This document shows positions 14,961 through 29,312 of a stretch of DNA of 64,000 nt, piece by piece. The stretch lies in assembly GCA_964016885.1 (NCBI GenBank), contig OZ024751.1:38750001-38814000 (forward strand). The letters are read 5' to 3'. This DNA is from Eledone cirrhosa. Lineage: Eukaryota. The notes under the pieces were generated by a model that saw only the letters and a list, made by a program, of their open reading frames with translations, was not told the origin of the DNA and ran no database searches. How positions within the stretch are numbered: the stretch's first letter is position 1; every line of letters starts with the position of its first letter. Position numbers and translations under genes: made by a program.

Positions 14961-16012
14961 AAATAAAATAGTGATCGGGTTTTAATATTTTAAACAGTCT
15001 AAACAACTAAACTAATTAACCTCCAGCTTTCATTTCGCCATAAAACAATTTCTAGTGACAACATTTCATCTGATCAAGTTGTTTTTAATAATGATTTTAC
15101 AGTGACTGTTGACAGATTTAATTGACAATAGACGTCTCATTAAATATTTTTATATATGCCAACCTTTAGCAGAAGGCTACTTATTCAAAGTTATATACAC
15201 CTCCTTACTTCAATCTTCATAGCAATTAACACACAATTCTAATTTAGATTTTCTGATATATTCTGATTTCATTCTTTTATCCTTCGTACAATTAGAGGAT
15301 GTTTGTATTCCTTTATGTTTTTTTTTTGTTTTTTACACTTATCGGAACACGACCATACTGAGGCATCGTCTTCGACAGATTCCGTCGTATATTTCCAAGG
15401 TGCACATTCTAGTGCTGAGAGAGTTATGTCAATGAAGGAAACGTCATAATTTCGATTCCTATACAGATTTACATGCGTTTTTGAGCAAATATTTTCACTT
15501 CATATCACCTTGCTTCAGTTTCTTCTGCTGAAGTTGAATACCAGGATAAGCTGATAGTTAGCCATGCAACTTACTGGTGCACTTTTCAGGTTTCGGTCTT
15601 GTCCGTCCAAGGGCTTATGCTAATGAAAACAAAATAAGCTCAGAGCTTCATTGAATCTGTGTAATCATGAAAAGATTGAGGTAAGATCTTATTCATAGCG
15701 ATACCAATGGTTTTACGAAATATGTATTTATGGCTTCTCTAATAAGTAAAGTGACATAGCAGGGGATATGAAGTCAGACTATAATACAGGAGAATATTTC
15801 TATTCGAAGGGTTTCAATCTTACATCACCCTTATAAGGAATTGTGGCTAAAATTCCAAACTCATAAATTATATCCTCGGACGTTTGGTATGAACAATAAC
15901 CTGGAAAAGCAGATACAATAAGCGTTTAGATAGAAAAATGTATCAGCCGTCACATATGACAAATCGAACTCAGTATCCTTTAAATTTCGGTTAAGTGCGC
16001 AAGCAGATTACG

Positions 16013-16065
<53 letters not shown>

Positions 16066-16069
<4 letters not shown>

Positions 16070-16146
16070 AAAGGTAAACAGAAATAACAACACAATCGTT
16101 ACAGAATATGGAAGGTTAACTCTTGATATAGCAGGAAGAGGGCCTT
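16066..16146 (-). mobile_element. Family B short element in (TA)n
   Basis: Reverse-complement match to 17251-17329 and 44010-44100. Confidence 0.8.
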
Positions 16147-16152
16147 TATATA

Positions 16153-16193
<41 letters not shown>

Positions 16194-16204
16194 AAATAAA
16201 ATAA

Positions 16205-16670
16205 AATAAATAAGTCAAATATTTAAAATTTGGCTTCGTTTATTACTGCTGTAACCTCTTCGGGCAGTCTGAATTAGTGTGGGAGAGACGAGTACCCATG
16301 TTATTAAGGTGTTTAATTTTGTCAATACCCTGATATGCCCAGTTCCTGGTTGTGTTGTTATTTCTCTGAGGAACTGGAATCATATCCTGCGCACCTCGTC
16401 GAGTGCTCTATTCTGCATACTGTGGTGTCGGTAAACAACAAACATATACTAAATATATATGTACTTGTCTATACCATACTAATTCAAACTGCCTGAAGAG
16501 GTCACAGCCAAATATGGTTGTCACTGAAATATATATAGCAGTAATAAACGAAGCTAAATTTTAATCATTTGACTTTTATTTAACTTTATTTTACACTACT
16601 CCGGAGTAACCAAACCAACCTGCGCACCTCGTCGAGTGCTCCAGCCTGCATCCTGAGGAAGACGGCGTAT
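16205..16670 (+). mobile_element. PLE-like pseudo-LTR structure (family G): inverted copy plus partial tandem tail
   Basis: 16205-16295 is the reverse complement of 16461-16580. CCTGCGCACCTCGTCGAGTGCTC is directly repeated at about 16386 and 16619. Contains a hammerhead motif. Confidence 0.75.
16488..16542 (+). ncRNA. Type I hammerhead ribozyme
   Basis: Stem I ACTGC/GCAGT, CTGAAGA 16493-16499, stem II GTCACAGCCA-AATA-TGGTTGTCAC, GAAA 16526-16529, palindromic stem III ATATATAT. Predicted AUA cut after 16537. Confidence 0.8.
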
Positions 16671-16985
16671 ATATGTGTTTGGTATGTATATTTAATCTTG
16701 ATAATTTGTATAATTTTGTATAATTTTGTACATAGATCTGTTGAATATGCATACCAATTATAACACATATATATCCTAGAAACGATCGTTAAATAATGAA
16801 CTTTTTTTGTTTAATATAAGGAATTGTTTATTCATTATTTGTTTAATATTTTATCTTGACTCTGTATACCGTTTATCTTTCACCGAAAGTCGTTTTTCAT
16901 TACATCTCTTCTTTCCATGATATCCGGAATACATTGAGTTCTTCATACGGATTGGACACTACCGTAAACTCTTGGTAGATTTATC

Positions 16986-17028
<43 letters not shown>

Positions 17029-17029
17029 A

Positions 17030-17228
17030 AGTGAGTTTTTTTTTTACAAAATGAAAAATAACCGAGGTTTACTACACGAGTGAAAGTATAAAGAAAAAAA
17101 GATGAAATCGAAAATGCAACTGGAGTCTTATTTTTAAAAAATATATATATATGTATTTGGTTCCGTTACCGGTTTCGCAGTTCTTCTGCTTTTCAAAAGT
17201 AGAGTTGAGATGGAGGGTCTGTGGCTTT
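17030..17228 (-). mobile_element. TA-flanked island with degenerate hammerhead motif (17163-17200)
   Basis: Minus strand reads TTGAAAA-GCAG-AAGAA-CTGC-GAAA-CCGG-TA. Stem II and palindromic stem III are intact, while the core and stem I are decayed. Confidence 0.45.
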
Positions 17229-17250
17229 TATATATATATACATATATATA

Positions 17251-17326
17251 AAGACCCTCTTCCTGCTATATCAAGCGTTAACCTAATATATCCCTTCCAT
17301 ATACTCTAACGATTGTGTTTACCTTT

Positions 17327-17329
<3 letters not shown>
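17251..17329 (+). mobile_element. Family B short element in (TA)n
   Basis: AAGACCCTCTTCC...TTTTAC matches 44010-44100. Confidence 0.8.
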
Positions 17330-17376
<47 letters not shown>

Positions 17377-19396
17377 GTAATTTAGATTTTTTAAGAGAAT
17401 ATGTATGTATATATTTATATATATATACATACATGTTCTCTTAAAATATCTAAATGACAATGTATATATATAGCCGTTTGACAGTTTGAGCTAATGTATT
17501 CCTTGATTAGCCTCCTCATAACCGTATATAAATTAAACGCAATCCGCTCTACTCTATATTAATTTATCCAAGTAACTTGTTGCTCCACTTCAAACCTGAA
17601 ACTATATGGTATTTTGTCATAGTTTTCCTCTATAACACTCAAACAGTCTCCCACATCTTGCTCACAAAGTTAATTATCCATCTCTAATCCTTAATATGAA
17701 TTTAATTAGCAATCACTGAAGACCCTAACATATCATTTGTTATGTTACAAAGGTCGAATTTAAAGAAATAAAGCACTGTTTGTAACTATTTTCTCGTGAA
17801 CAAATAAAAGTAAATATTCTTCTATAAATATAGTTTTGCTATATATTGTACATACAGTGATTTTCTTTTCATTTTCATAAAGCAAAAGGTCACTGTGGTT
17901 ACGAACTAAATATCAAAATAAATCAAGGAATACTCCAATGGAAGACCTTTGAATAGTAAACATTTACAATAAAGCTGTTATCACGTAAAACCTCAGATTA
18001 TACTAACAAAACCTTTCATAACAGTTATACGAACAATTACCAAGGGAGACATCAGATTAGGAAGAAATTAAAGTGAAAGTCAATCATATTGTGTAAATGA
18101 TTCCTCTGTGGTTAAGTTCTGTGAATTACTAATTAACAAAAGGCGTCTACTGTTATCGAAAGATTGGAGAGTAGCACGCAAAATTCACAAGTTGAACAGA
18201 CTAAATCATGCTAAGCATTGTATGCCATCATGCAATAGATCAGAACTGCTGGCATTAAATTTGAATGGCTCTGATAGAATTTATTTTTGTCATTTTTTTC
18301 TCTCGGTAGACGTTTGACTCATAGGTTCATATCTTTAGAAATATTGCAACGAGATATAACAACATCTGACAGTTTTACAAATCATTTTCATAACGCTATT
18401 TTTTCCACAATATATATACATATATATATATATGTTTCTGTGAAGTAGTTCCCAGTTCAGCACACATTGCAGCTTTGTTGATTAAATGTATATAGCAACG
18501 AGGTAATTGAAGCCCTCATGAGATGCCAAACATAAGGCCCAACGAACTACCAGATATAGTGGGAGAAATGCATGCAAACTAACATTCAATTAATATCTAT
18601 TTATCTATTTGAAGAGTGAAGGAATTTCTGAATCAGGAGCCATTGAAATACACGGCACATCAACAAAAATGCATTGGAATTTCATATTCTCATCTTTCAT
18701 ATCATTTATTTTTAATAATGCAATGGAAAATAGTTATCCAGTGCACTCCTTCTGTAACCCCCTATTGAGAATTAACGGCGACAATTTACAGATTTCATAT
18801 TCAGTAATATATTATAAGTAAATCGAAAGTCTTAATATTTAAGAGCTTTGTATGGCAATTTTAGTGTATGTAAATATTCATGCGTTCTGGTACATGAATG
18901 AATGTACAAATCAATGTATCTATGGACGGCCATAGGTATAGATAGAAGATTATTTGAACAAAATATATATTTTTTTAAATATTAACAACTGTTTATTGAT
19001 GTTCGGCAACAAATGTTCAAATTCTAAAAACGACATTTGTTTTCAGCTGATATCATATTAAACACTGTCGAATAGTTATTACCTTCGTTGCCATGGACAC
19101 AATGACGAACTAAAATATAAAAAAACATACTAATTCATTAGAGTGTTAATCCAATTAACAAATTCGTTTTCCCGAAATTAGAATTACAGCACAAATTATG
19201 TATGTGTTTTGTTTCATATATTTTCCAACAATCCACAGTTCTCTCCATCGCCATCTAAACACTAACATAAACATACTCCAGTATTTCTGTGTGAGAGAAA
19301 AAAAGGATAACGTTTTGAATAATAAATATTCAGAGTGTTCAATGAATTTATGTGAAAAACTTTGTTGAAAATCTGGTCCAGAAAACGTTTCGTTCC

Positions 19397-19462
<66 letters not shown>

Positions 19463-19553
19463 CATATATATTTATATATTTGTAGTAAGGTTGCTTGGAT
19501 GCGTCCATAGGCGGTATGCCAGTTGAGAACTCTATGCTCCTTCGGAGCAGAGT

Positions 19554-19927
19554 ATAATTGTTTCTACGTTAGGCACGAAGCCAGCTGCATTACTGGTACT
19601 TTATTTTATCAACCCCGTAAGGATGAAAGGCAAAGTTAACCTCGGCGAGATTTTAACTCAGAATGGCAAGGGCCGTAACTCTATACGTCAAAGCATGGCG
19701 TCCGACTCTCTACCAATACTGCCAATCCACCCCCAGAGTATAATAATTGTTTCTACTTTAGGCACAAGGCCAGCAATTACCCAGTGCATTACTGGTACTT
19801 TATTTTATCGACCCCGTAAGGATGAAAGGCAAAGTCAACCTTGGCAGGATTTGAACTCAAATCGTAAAGGGTCGTAACTTTGCTGGAAAGCATGGCGTCC
19901 GACCCTCTACCGATACTGCCAATCCAC
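19554..19927 (-). mobile_element. Tandem dimer of main SINE (19554-19730, 19742-19927)
   Basis: Two full copies; CAGAGTATAAT occurs at 19548, 19734 and 19931. Confidence 0.92.
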
Positions 19928-19944
19928 CCCCAGAGTATAATAAT

Positions 19945-20055
19945 ATGGAAAACAAAGAATCAGTTATGCATGGGAACACAATTTATTAGCGTATTACAAT
20001 TGTTATTCCGGCAAACAGCTCGTGGTGCGATCTATTTGTGGATCGAACCTGACTG
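19945..20055 (-). mobile_element. Diverged copy of family D
   Basis: TATTACAATTGTT..GCAAACAGCTCGTGGTGCGATCTATTTGTGGATCGAACCTGACT aligns by eye to 35882-35944. Confidence 0.6.
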
Positions 20056-20205
20056 GATTCGCAGAGAATAATTGTAACAACTGTCGATTGCTTTCAATAA
20101 TAGATGGAACACTTTAAACGCAGCCGCTATGGAGGATTGGACTCTATATCTCTAGACTACCTCACATGGTACTCTGTGTATCTCGAAATCTCCTCCTCGC
20201 CATAA

Positions 20206-20254
<49 letters not shown>

Positions 20255-21374
20255 AAACCTCACACACATACATTCTCAAATAATTATATGGAATCACTCA
20301 ATCGTTTCCAAACTTTCAAAACCACCCGATATTATTTTCATCGAAGAAAGTAGAAGCTTTAGTGAACTGGATAACGAAATGGAAGTGTTATTGCACTGTG
20401 TAAACCCAGCATGTTATTTAGCATCCAACGTATTCAGCTTCTGTCCTTATTTCGCCGGAGTCTCTTTAGTATTTGATTCCTAACTTTGTTCCTGATAAAA
20501 TAACTAACAGTAACGTGAACACAATTGAAATTATTGAATGTACTTAGTTAACTGAAACAGTTCATCTCGTTTGTGCTTTAACCAAATTATTGACGTTATA
20601 TACATCATATCGGAATATATTCCAAAGCAAATATTATCGGTAAACAAGGAAATATGATATATATATTTATTTACTAAAAGTGCTGTAGTATGGGTGACTG
20701 CTTATAAATAACGAATCAAATGTGTCCTTTATAATTATATCGTAGGAATTACAAAGGAACATCAACACCAACACGTTAGTTTAACATCTAATATATGGCA
20801 CACTGAATAAATTATTTACTCTCCGATTGAATTATATTAAGACACATCGACCGACCTCGAAGTATTTATTTTAAATAATTGTTAACCGTTCTATTACTTT
20901 TAATATATATTACCTTTGGTACATTATAAGGAGAATCGCAGCTGCTGTATTATCAATGGGAAAGGTTAACCTTTCCGACCTTGATGATACGGTGTGTTTA
21001 CGTACAATATACTTAAACACATTCCGGCAGAGTTAACTCAAAGGCAAACTACTTCTATGAAGGGTACAGCACTATCATTACAGTGTAATTTGTTACATTA
21101 TTAAGTTCAGGACTGTATTCTTCAGCGATAATGACTGCAGACATGTGGGCTCTTTAAGACAAACATTACCCCACGTACAAACTAGAAATATATTAATTCT
21201 ATTTACAACCAATTTTCTCAATTTCTAAATTGAAGAAAGAGCGATTACGAAGCCGAGAACCGAATACAGAAAAATAATTATTTATACTGGCAAGCTAGAA
21301 TTTGGTGTTTCAAATCTAAGGAGTATTTGCATCTTAGTTCACAAGTATGCACTAGAATATTCTCACATTATTCA

Positions 21375-21557
21375 TTGGCAGTATCGGTAGAAGCTCGGGC
21401 GTCACGCTTTGCAACATAGAGTTATGCCCTTTTATAATCTGAGTTCAAATCCCGCCGAGGTTAACTTTGCCTTTCATCCTTACGGGGTCGATAAAATAAA
21501 GTACCAGTAATGTACCGGAATAATTGCTGGCCTTGTGCCAAAAGTAGAAACAATTAT
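21375..21557 (+). mobile_element. Main SINE, slightly 5'-truncated
   Basis: Family consensus; TSD ATTATTCA at 21367 and 21553. Confidence 0.9.
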
Positions 21558-22434
21558 TCACTACATACACTGGTATGTTAAATATAGTAATTGACTATGT
21601 AGTTACGATTGCTGTCACCCTCATTTGGCACATTTTTATTGCTTTTGTGAATATACAATGAAAATAATGTTTAGATATAGAAAAGAACGTTTTAAATATA
21701 GGCAATAGATTTCCTCAAAAGTAAAGATACGGAAGTTGGAAAAAGACACAGACATAACGCCCGACACTTCAATACATCTGTCGAGTCAACTGTGGTATTT
21801 CTAATTTCCTTCAAGGTACATATGACTATAAAACGGAACCGATTCTGAACATTAAGGTATGACATTGATATATTAAAGGATACACAGTAATAAGACTGAT
21901 TCGATTTTGTACAAATCCAAATATCTTTGATGCCCGTGTTAAATTAGATTAAATTTATTCAGGTGTATTACAGGTATTTAATTTTATTGATCAAGCATTT
22001 ATTGATGGATGGGTAAGCGATTTTGTACTTATAACAGTGTTAAGTGGTGACGCGAGCAAATATTGCTACAAATTTTCTATTTGTAACGAAAAAATAAAAT
22101 CTTGCATTAATTATAACGGCGAGATACATATTACATTGGTGGAAGAAGATTTTCCAAAGACCAAAATTGAACACACCATTTCATCTGTTCAGAATCAATA
22201 TTGGCTGTAGAATGTTTCAATTCCATGCTTCAAATAGGAATTGCTGAATATTACGAAAAAGAAATGTAAAATACGTATCATTTATCATTGAATATATATA
22301 TTACGTTAGGCATAAACATTTGCTTATATAAGTTGCGACATTTTAATATATTTAACGTGTCGTGCATATCACATTAATTACATATACACACATGTATATA
22401 CATACAAACACATGCTTACACACACAAATATATT

Positions 22435-22473
<39 letters not shown>

Positions 22474-23305
22474 ATGCTGAGAGAGAGTCAGTAAGAGCGA
22501 GAGAGAGATATATTCTCCCCCTCCTCATATTAAACTCCATTATGCCCCTGAGATATTTTACACGTATTTCTGAATATTCACATAACCAATGTCCAGATAC
22601 ATATTCGCCATTCATCTATAGAGATATAGACGGAGAGATAGACCTGCATTTGAGTGGAAAATAACATTGAATACTTCCGTAACGAGTCTCCGTTGAAACA
22701 CTTTCTAATTGAATATATATATCGATGTAAGCGTTACTTTAAAGACACACTATATATATATATGTGTGTGTGTGTATGTGTGTGTGTGTGCGTGTGCGTG
22801 TGCGTGTGTGTGTGTATATCACGAAATAATTTTGGTGTGTTGTATGAATAGCAGAAATACCTTTAACCCGATCGTAGACAGGTGATGTCGGAAAAGAAAT
22901 ATAGCCTAGCTTACTTTATCAATATTATTCAAATGTTTTAATGCTTATATAGCCTGATCCAATTCGGTTCGGAAATAGCTCAGACGGATATGCGTTTAGA
23001 AAGACAGGCAGAGAATACGGAATCTGCTATGTTTAGATGTTATGTTGACACATTCTATGTTTCTTACTTTGACATTTGAAAGATGTAGTAAGAGCGCACG
23101 GGCGCCTATGTATGTATATATATATGTGAGTGAGTGTCTGTGTGTGGTTGAAAGTAAGGAAATCGGAAATACATTGGTTGGAGAGAAAGAAGGCACAGGA
23201 AACGGGCGCTAATATAAAGAATCCAAAATAGAAAGCAACATGAAATTTCGGTTTATATAAAATTGAGTGAAAGATATCCAGAAAAGTGATGCATTATCGA
23301 TACGT

Positions 23306-23345
<40 letters not shown>

Positions 23346-23416
23346 CTACTTTCTACACACACACATATATATATATATATAAAGTGTGTGTGTGTAGAAA
23401 GTGGATAAACATATAG

Positions 23417-23462
<46 letters not shown>

Positions 23463-25055
23463 ACATGAAACCATATGCCAAGCTCTTTTCAGAGTTGATG
23501 CCACTAAGCTAAAATATATAACTAGGAAAGAAACTGAAGATGTTATCTTTGGTATATTTAGGAATGATTTATGCTTTGCAGAGTGCAAATCCAATTTATT
23601 ATATTGATGCTACTAGCTCATTAGAACGTGGCAGAGACTGTCACATCTAGGTATATTATTAAACATCGATGGGTGAGGGGAAGACCATTCTGGAATTAAG
23701 AACAATCTGAGGGTGAATATAACTATTAGCGAATTTCTGATCTCTGTGAGCAATAGATACTTATTCTTTTCTAAAAGGTAAGTTGTTACTATGAGAAGAA
23801 CTACTTAAATACAAGATTTCGTGTGGATTTCATGATCTCCTTTATGGCCAAATAAAAAATAAATTTGTTTTCATAGAACTCTACAATGCAAAACAAGTAC
23901 GTTAAAGATATACTCCGCATAATGGACAGGATGGAAGGTGTAGAAAATTTAATGGAAAATGGTAGAAGGACACTTCACACTAAACGCCAACATGCTGAGC
24001 ATTAGATATACAACACTTTGAAATGTAATGAGTATTTCAAGATATGAATATTGCGTCCGTTTACACGAAACACACAAATGTATATTCTAAGATTGAAATA
24101 GTGAACCTCCAAACAGATACAAATTTTAAGTGGAAGAAACCTTACTACCAGGAGTATCGGGACTCTCCTTCCCAAAGAAAGGGCCATCTATAAAAATCCA
24201 CATTAAATAAACGTTTCTCTATTTCCATTCAAGATACAAGAATGATTTAATAACACGAAGAACATAGAAAAGATTAGAATTTGAAAATATGATTATTACA
24301 TTACAAACAAGCAATTGATACCTAATGGGTGCTAGAAAGAATATTTATGTTAAGGTCTAATACATGCCACCAACATTTTACGTAAGGATCTGTGTCATGT
24401 TCGGAAATTGAATAGAATAACAAGGAAGTTAGTTATATTACTGAATCCCTCCAAAGTCTTGCTTAATTTAAAACTCCTTTGACAATAATAGACAGTGTCG
24501 TTCATTAGAAACATAGTAATGAAATGGTTAAAAACGTGTAAATATTTGCAAAACTCTTACTTCATGATTTCTTTAAGAATCTTATTTCGAAATTACCATC
24601 TAGATATTAATATATCCGTCTAAATTCTTCATTATTTATATACTATTTTGAAAACTCCAAACAGCATCTTTCGATTGAATTGGTTGTGAAAAGCCTATAT
24701 GCGAACGAGACTCTCTAAATTGAATGCCCATTGTAAACAACGAACCACAATTTTACAGGAAAATAAATTGCGTTTACTTCAATATAAATTAAAAACAACC
24801 GGTTAATCATACGTTGCAACACATTTCAGAAAATTAACTTAGTATATTTCGAAATTAAACACAAGTCTTTGCAATTCCCAAGAGTCTTCTTGAAATGATA
24901 AAGCAACATATTTGTGAAAGCACGTAACATTTATCCCCAAGATGCGCTTAGATAAATGTCAGCAAATTGTCTCTTTATTTTAAATTACGAATTACTAATA
25001 CGATCAAAATTATGGTTTCATATAATGTTTCATGTTATAGAATAGTACATACAGG

Positions 25056-25119
<64 letters not shown>

Positions 25120-25130
25120 TACACACCGAC

Positions 25131-25166
<36 letters not shown>

Positions 25167-25169
<3 letters not shown>

Positions 25170-25307
25170 CGAAGGAAATGTGATAAGGAACCAGGTGGAC
25201 CATAACGCAGCAAAGTACTCAATACTTAGGGTAGTAGAGTGGCTAATTCTGGACTCAGAATTAGCCGTCGAAACGGCTTGAGCTCAGCCGTCGGGGTCCT
25301 ACTCGTT

Positions 25308-25310
<3 letters not shown>
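25167..25310 (-). mobile_element. Family C copy with one hairpin arm deleted
   Basis: The tail is joined to the hairpin centre at GGCTAAT microhomology; flanked by (TA)n. Confidence 0.85.
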
Positions 25311-25359
<49 letters not shown>

Positions 25360-26940
25360 GTATTTCTTTGAATAATTATCTTCCACGATTCTTAGAAACC
25401 TTATCTTTGTATTATCTACAGAAGGTTCCTTTCTGTATGAAATAAAATGTATAATTTCGTATAACATCTATGTTTATCTCTTTGATAACATCTAGTTAGC
25501 GTTTGAAGCCGAAATATATGATATTTCTGAGATTACCAGCAACCACTGAAGATGATTTAGTCGAGGACATTTAGGGATAACTTGTGAATTTGGCCTTGCA
25601 ATAGGGATTAACCACATAATCCCATCATATTACAAACATTAGGGATTTCAAGGAGGATTTCTAGACGTTTATGCTTATAAATTACTTCCTTTATAAGTGA
25701 TATTTAATATAATTGCATTGCTATTTAATGGAATAATGGTTTATATTAAGGTTTTACGATATGTTCGAAGATAAAGACAATAAATCTGTACATAATTGAA
25801 ACTTAAGTATTGAACAATAAAATCTTTATTAGCTGGAATAACTATTCATGATTATGCGAGAGAGATTTGTTCAGCAGTAATGGGCAATCCACCAGTAAAA
25901 TACAGCCTCGTTTCCTTGTTACATATAAATCACTTCACGTATAATTATCTTACAAGAAACTAAAAAGGTAATTTTAGATAATTCTGAAAAGAAGAGAGAT
26001 ATTATGTATACGCTCGCTCAAATCTCTCTCAAATCATAAGTAGAGACGTGCATATTATAAAGTGAAGGCTTAGATACCCCAGCAAAACAAAAATGACGGC
26101 TGCAACCTTTTGATGAAAGAACTGTCCGATTAAGGTTCACCTGTTGTTAAGCACAAAATAACATCCTGGTAGATAACAGTACAGATAGAAATCCTTGACA
26201 ATATATATACTATTTGGGGTCTGACATGAACCTGTTTATATTTCTAAGAATATTTAGTGTTCAAGCCTTGACATAACCTCAGTGACATCCTTCTGAAATC
26301 CGACTCCATAACGAAAAAAATACATTAGATTGAGCTGTGTGAATCTTCGAATAACTGAGTCTCAATGAAAATGTATGATCGCCTCTGTCCAAAACAGTTA
26401 CACGGAAACAATTACCTCCCATAAAAAGATATTAAAAGATATAAATCCTTTTTTTTTCTTTTTTTGCTTCATTAGGTAGCTTTATGAAAATCATCGACTT
26501 CTAGCAGTACTGTCTCTACCGACCCCAAAAATTGATTTGGCTGTCATTGAAATATTTAGCAATTTGAATTTAGATATTAAGTTATCTAATAATTACTAGG
26601 ATATGGTTCTCTATATATATATGATAGAAAAGTGGGTGAAGTTCCATACAAATTTGAAGATTATAGGGAGAAAGAAGAAGGAAAGAACCCGAGTAATATA
26701 GCAAATGATTTCTTTTATTTAATCCAATAGAATATGTAATTTATAATTGTTACATTAAATAGAGTTATATTTTAACAAATATTAGTAAATTAGGTGTAAG
26801 TAGCCACAGAATGGGAGAACATATTTTTGTAATATTTGATAAGATTGACCTAACAATCGAAACTGGTAAAATTTGATAGAATCTTAATCCATGTAATGCA
26901 ACAATTACAAAACCTACATCGCTGTGATATTTCACTTTTA

Positions 26941-27010
<70 letters not shown>

Positions 27011-27046
27011 TCACAAAATTGTATTTTATAGTATAATCTGCAACCG

Positions 27047-27081
<35 letters not shown>

Positions 27082-27794
27082 CACACACTTGTGTGTATAT
27101 ATACACACACAGACATACATGTGCGTGTGTGTGTGTGTGTGTGCGTGCTTGCGTCTGTTAAGCAATATTCTGACGGCTTGTCTTTATTAAACGTTCTTTT
27201 TTCTACTTTTCATTTTTTTCTTGTATGGATGAAGGATGTACTTATGTTATTTGTGTAGAATATAAAGACGAGTTGAAACGAGTATAAAAGAAAAGTGATA
27301 AAATATTCTTCACACAACCCCAGGCTTTGCTGTATATGTTTTCTTAACAGCCGTCGGGCATGAAGGAAATCATACATCTAATCGCTGGCAGTTTCTGTCA
27401 ACAGTTCTTAAGACTAACTGTACTTAGAGAATAAGTGAAATTGTTTCCAGACAAACATGTTTCTCTTCTCTCTTGCCTGGTGTGTTTCTTACGTATGGAC
27501 ACCATTTTGAAAACTAGACAGTTAACTTAAAAAAGAATAAATAAGAAAAATAACTCAAACATAACTAAAAAACTGAGCGCTGTCATCTTAGCTGGCTATT
27601 TAACGACTCCGTCTTTTGCTTTACTATGATGCTTATTTTGACTACTATCACATCTTGTTTGTTAACGTGTTTCTGGTTTTGTGAATGTTTTTTGCTATAT
27701 TATTTTATTTTACTTATATTGCTTTACTTTTCACGAATAATAATCTCCATATCTCTGAATATATTTTTGAGACAGGGAAAACACAGACAAGACA

Positions 27795-27795
<1 letters not shown>

Positions 27796-27887
<92 letters not shown>
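27796..27887. repeat. (CA)n microsatellite
   Basis: Directly visible. Confidence 0.97.
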
Positions 27888-27888
<1 letters not shown>

Positions 27889-28211
27889 GTGTGTGCATAT
27901 GAATATATATATATATATACACATAGATATATGTATGTAGGTAAATGTTTATGTGTGTGGTGTAAACATATTTTGGTTTGTTTGAACCAAGAAACATTTC
28001 TCACTCCTATTTCTTAATATGTTCTTGATAAACCAATGCCTGTGTAAGATTAATTGAGATCAAGTGTAATATCAGGTCTCGGCAATATATATGCACATCT
28101 ACATGTATCACTCTCTCCCTCTATATATACCATTATAAAGGCAACTCCTATTATCTATACAGTTACACAAATATTTTACATTATGTGTATATATATATAT
28201 ATGCATTATAT

Positions 28212-28277
<66 letters not shown>

Positions 28278-28319
28278 GTATGTGTGTGTGCACCTTACTA
28301 TATATTATAAATAAACACG

Positions 28320-28352
<33 letters not shown>

Positions 28353-28567
28353 GTGTGTGTTTATTTATAATATATAATAAGGCACACATACATACGAATA
28401 TACATGTATACGCGTAGTTCCTTAAGATCGACATCTTACTCAGTTGTACTGTGCTTTATTTTTCATCGCTTACACGTTCCGATAAACTACACATTTCCCT
28501 GTCTACACTTGCTAATGACCAGATGCTAATATATATATGCCTATCTAGCAATATTCTACACACACAT

Positions 28568-28610
<43 letters not shown>

Positions 28611-29039
28611 TCTATATATATATACGTGTGTGTATGCGTGTGTACATCAATTTTTATTTCCTACTAAAGTTGATATGAATATCATACCGTAGACACAACA
28701 TCTAAATTACCTATATAATATACCAACTTTCATGCTAGCCAGTTACTGAGATATATATTACATTCGTTTTAGCAAATTCGAAGCATGATTTCCCTAGAAA
28801 AAAAATTGATGATACCTGTATGTAGTTTTAAAAGTTTTAAATTTATTAAGTCCAATATGGTTTTTCACCTGTTTACAATGGTAATGAAATATATTTTCGT
28901 TCTTATTTCTGGTCTTAGTATTAAATTGAAGGTTGGCAATGAGCTGTGGAATTGGCGTTAAGTGAGGTGGGGGACGGGAGGTGGCAGTGTTTGGTAATCG
29001 GATCTAGACAACGTAGGGTTTTCAGCAGACAATCCAGTG

Positions 29040-29312
29040 TCTCATAGAATATGATCACCTCTCTAGTGTTGATGCCCTAATAAGATCCATCAAGTATAGC
29101 CCCTGTCAAATGATGGGGATAGTCATATGGAAACGCACTCGGTGTACCCCAGAAGAATTTTGGTAGTAAGAAGGAAATCCTTTCTTAGATAGCATGCCAA
29201 ATAGGGAACGTAATGAGCAAGACTAGGTCGCACTAATCCGCCTTGTCTCGGACTGTGGTACACGTCGAACTCATGCCAATGTTTAAAGCAGGCGCAAAAG
29301 GATGATGATGAT
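29040..29312 (+). mobile_element. Old degenerate SINE/LINE 3' end with (GAT)n tail
   Basis: GC-richer segment ending ...CTCATGCCAATG...AAAAGGATGATGATGATG, similar to RTE-type tails. Recognised from memory only. Confidence 0.4.

Noticed and set aside
20959-20976. 18-bp perfect palindrome GGAAAGGTTAACCTTTCC
   Set aside because: Isolated, with no supporting context or repeat.
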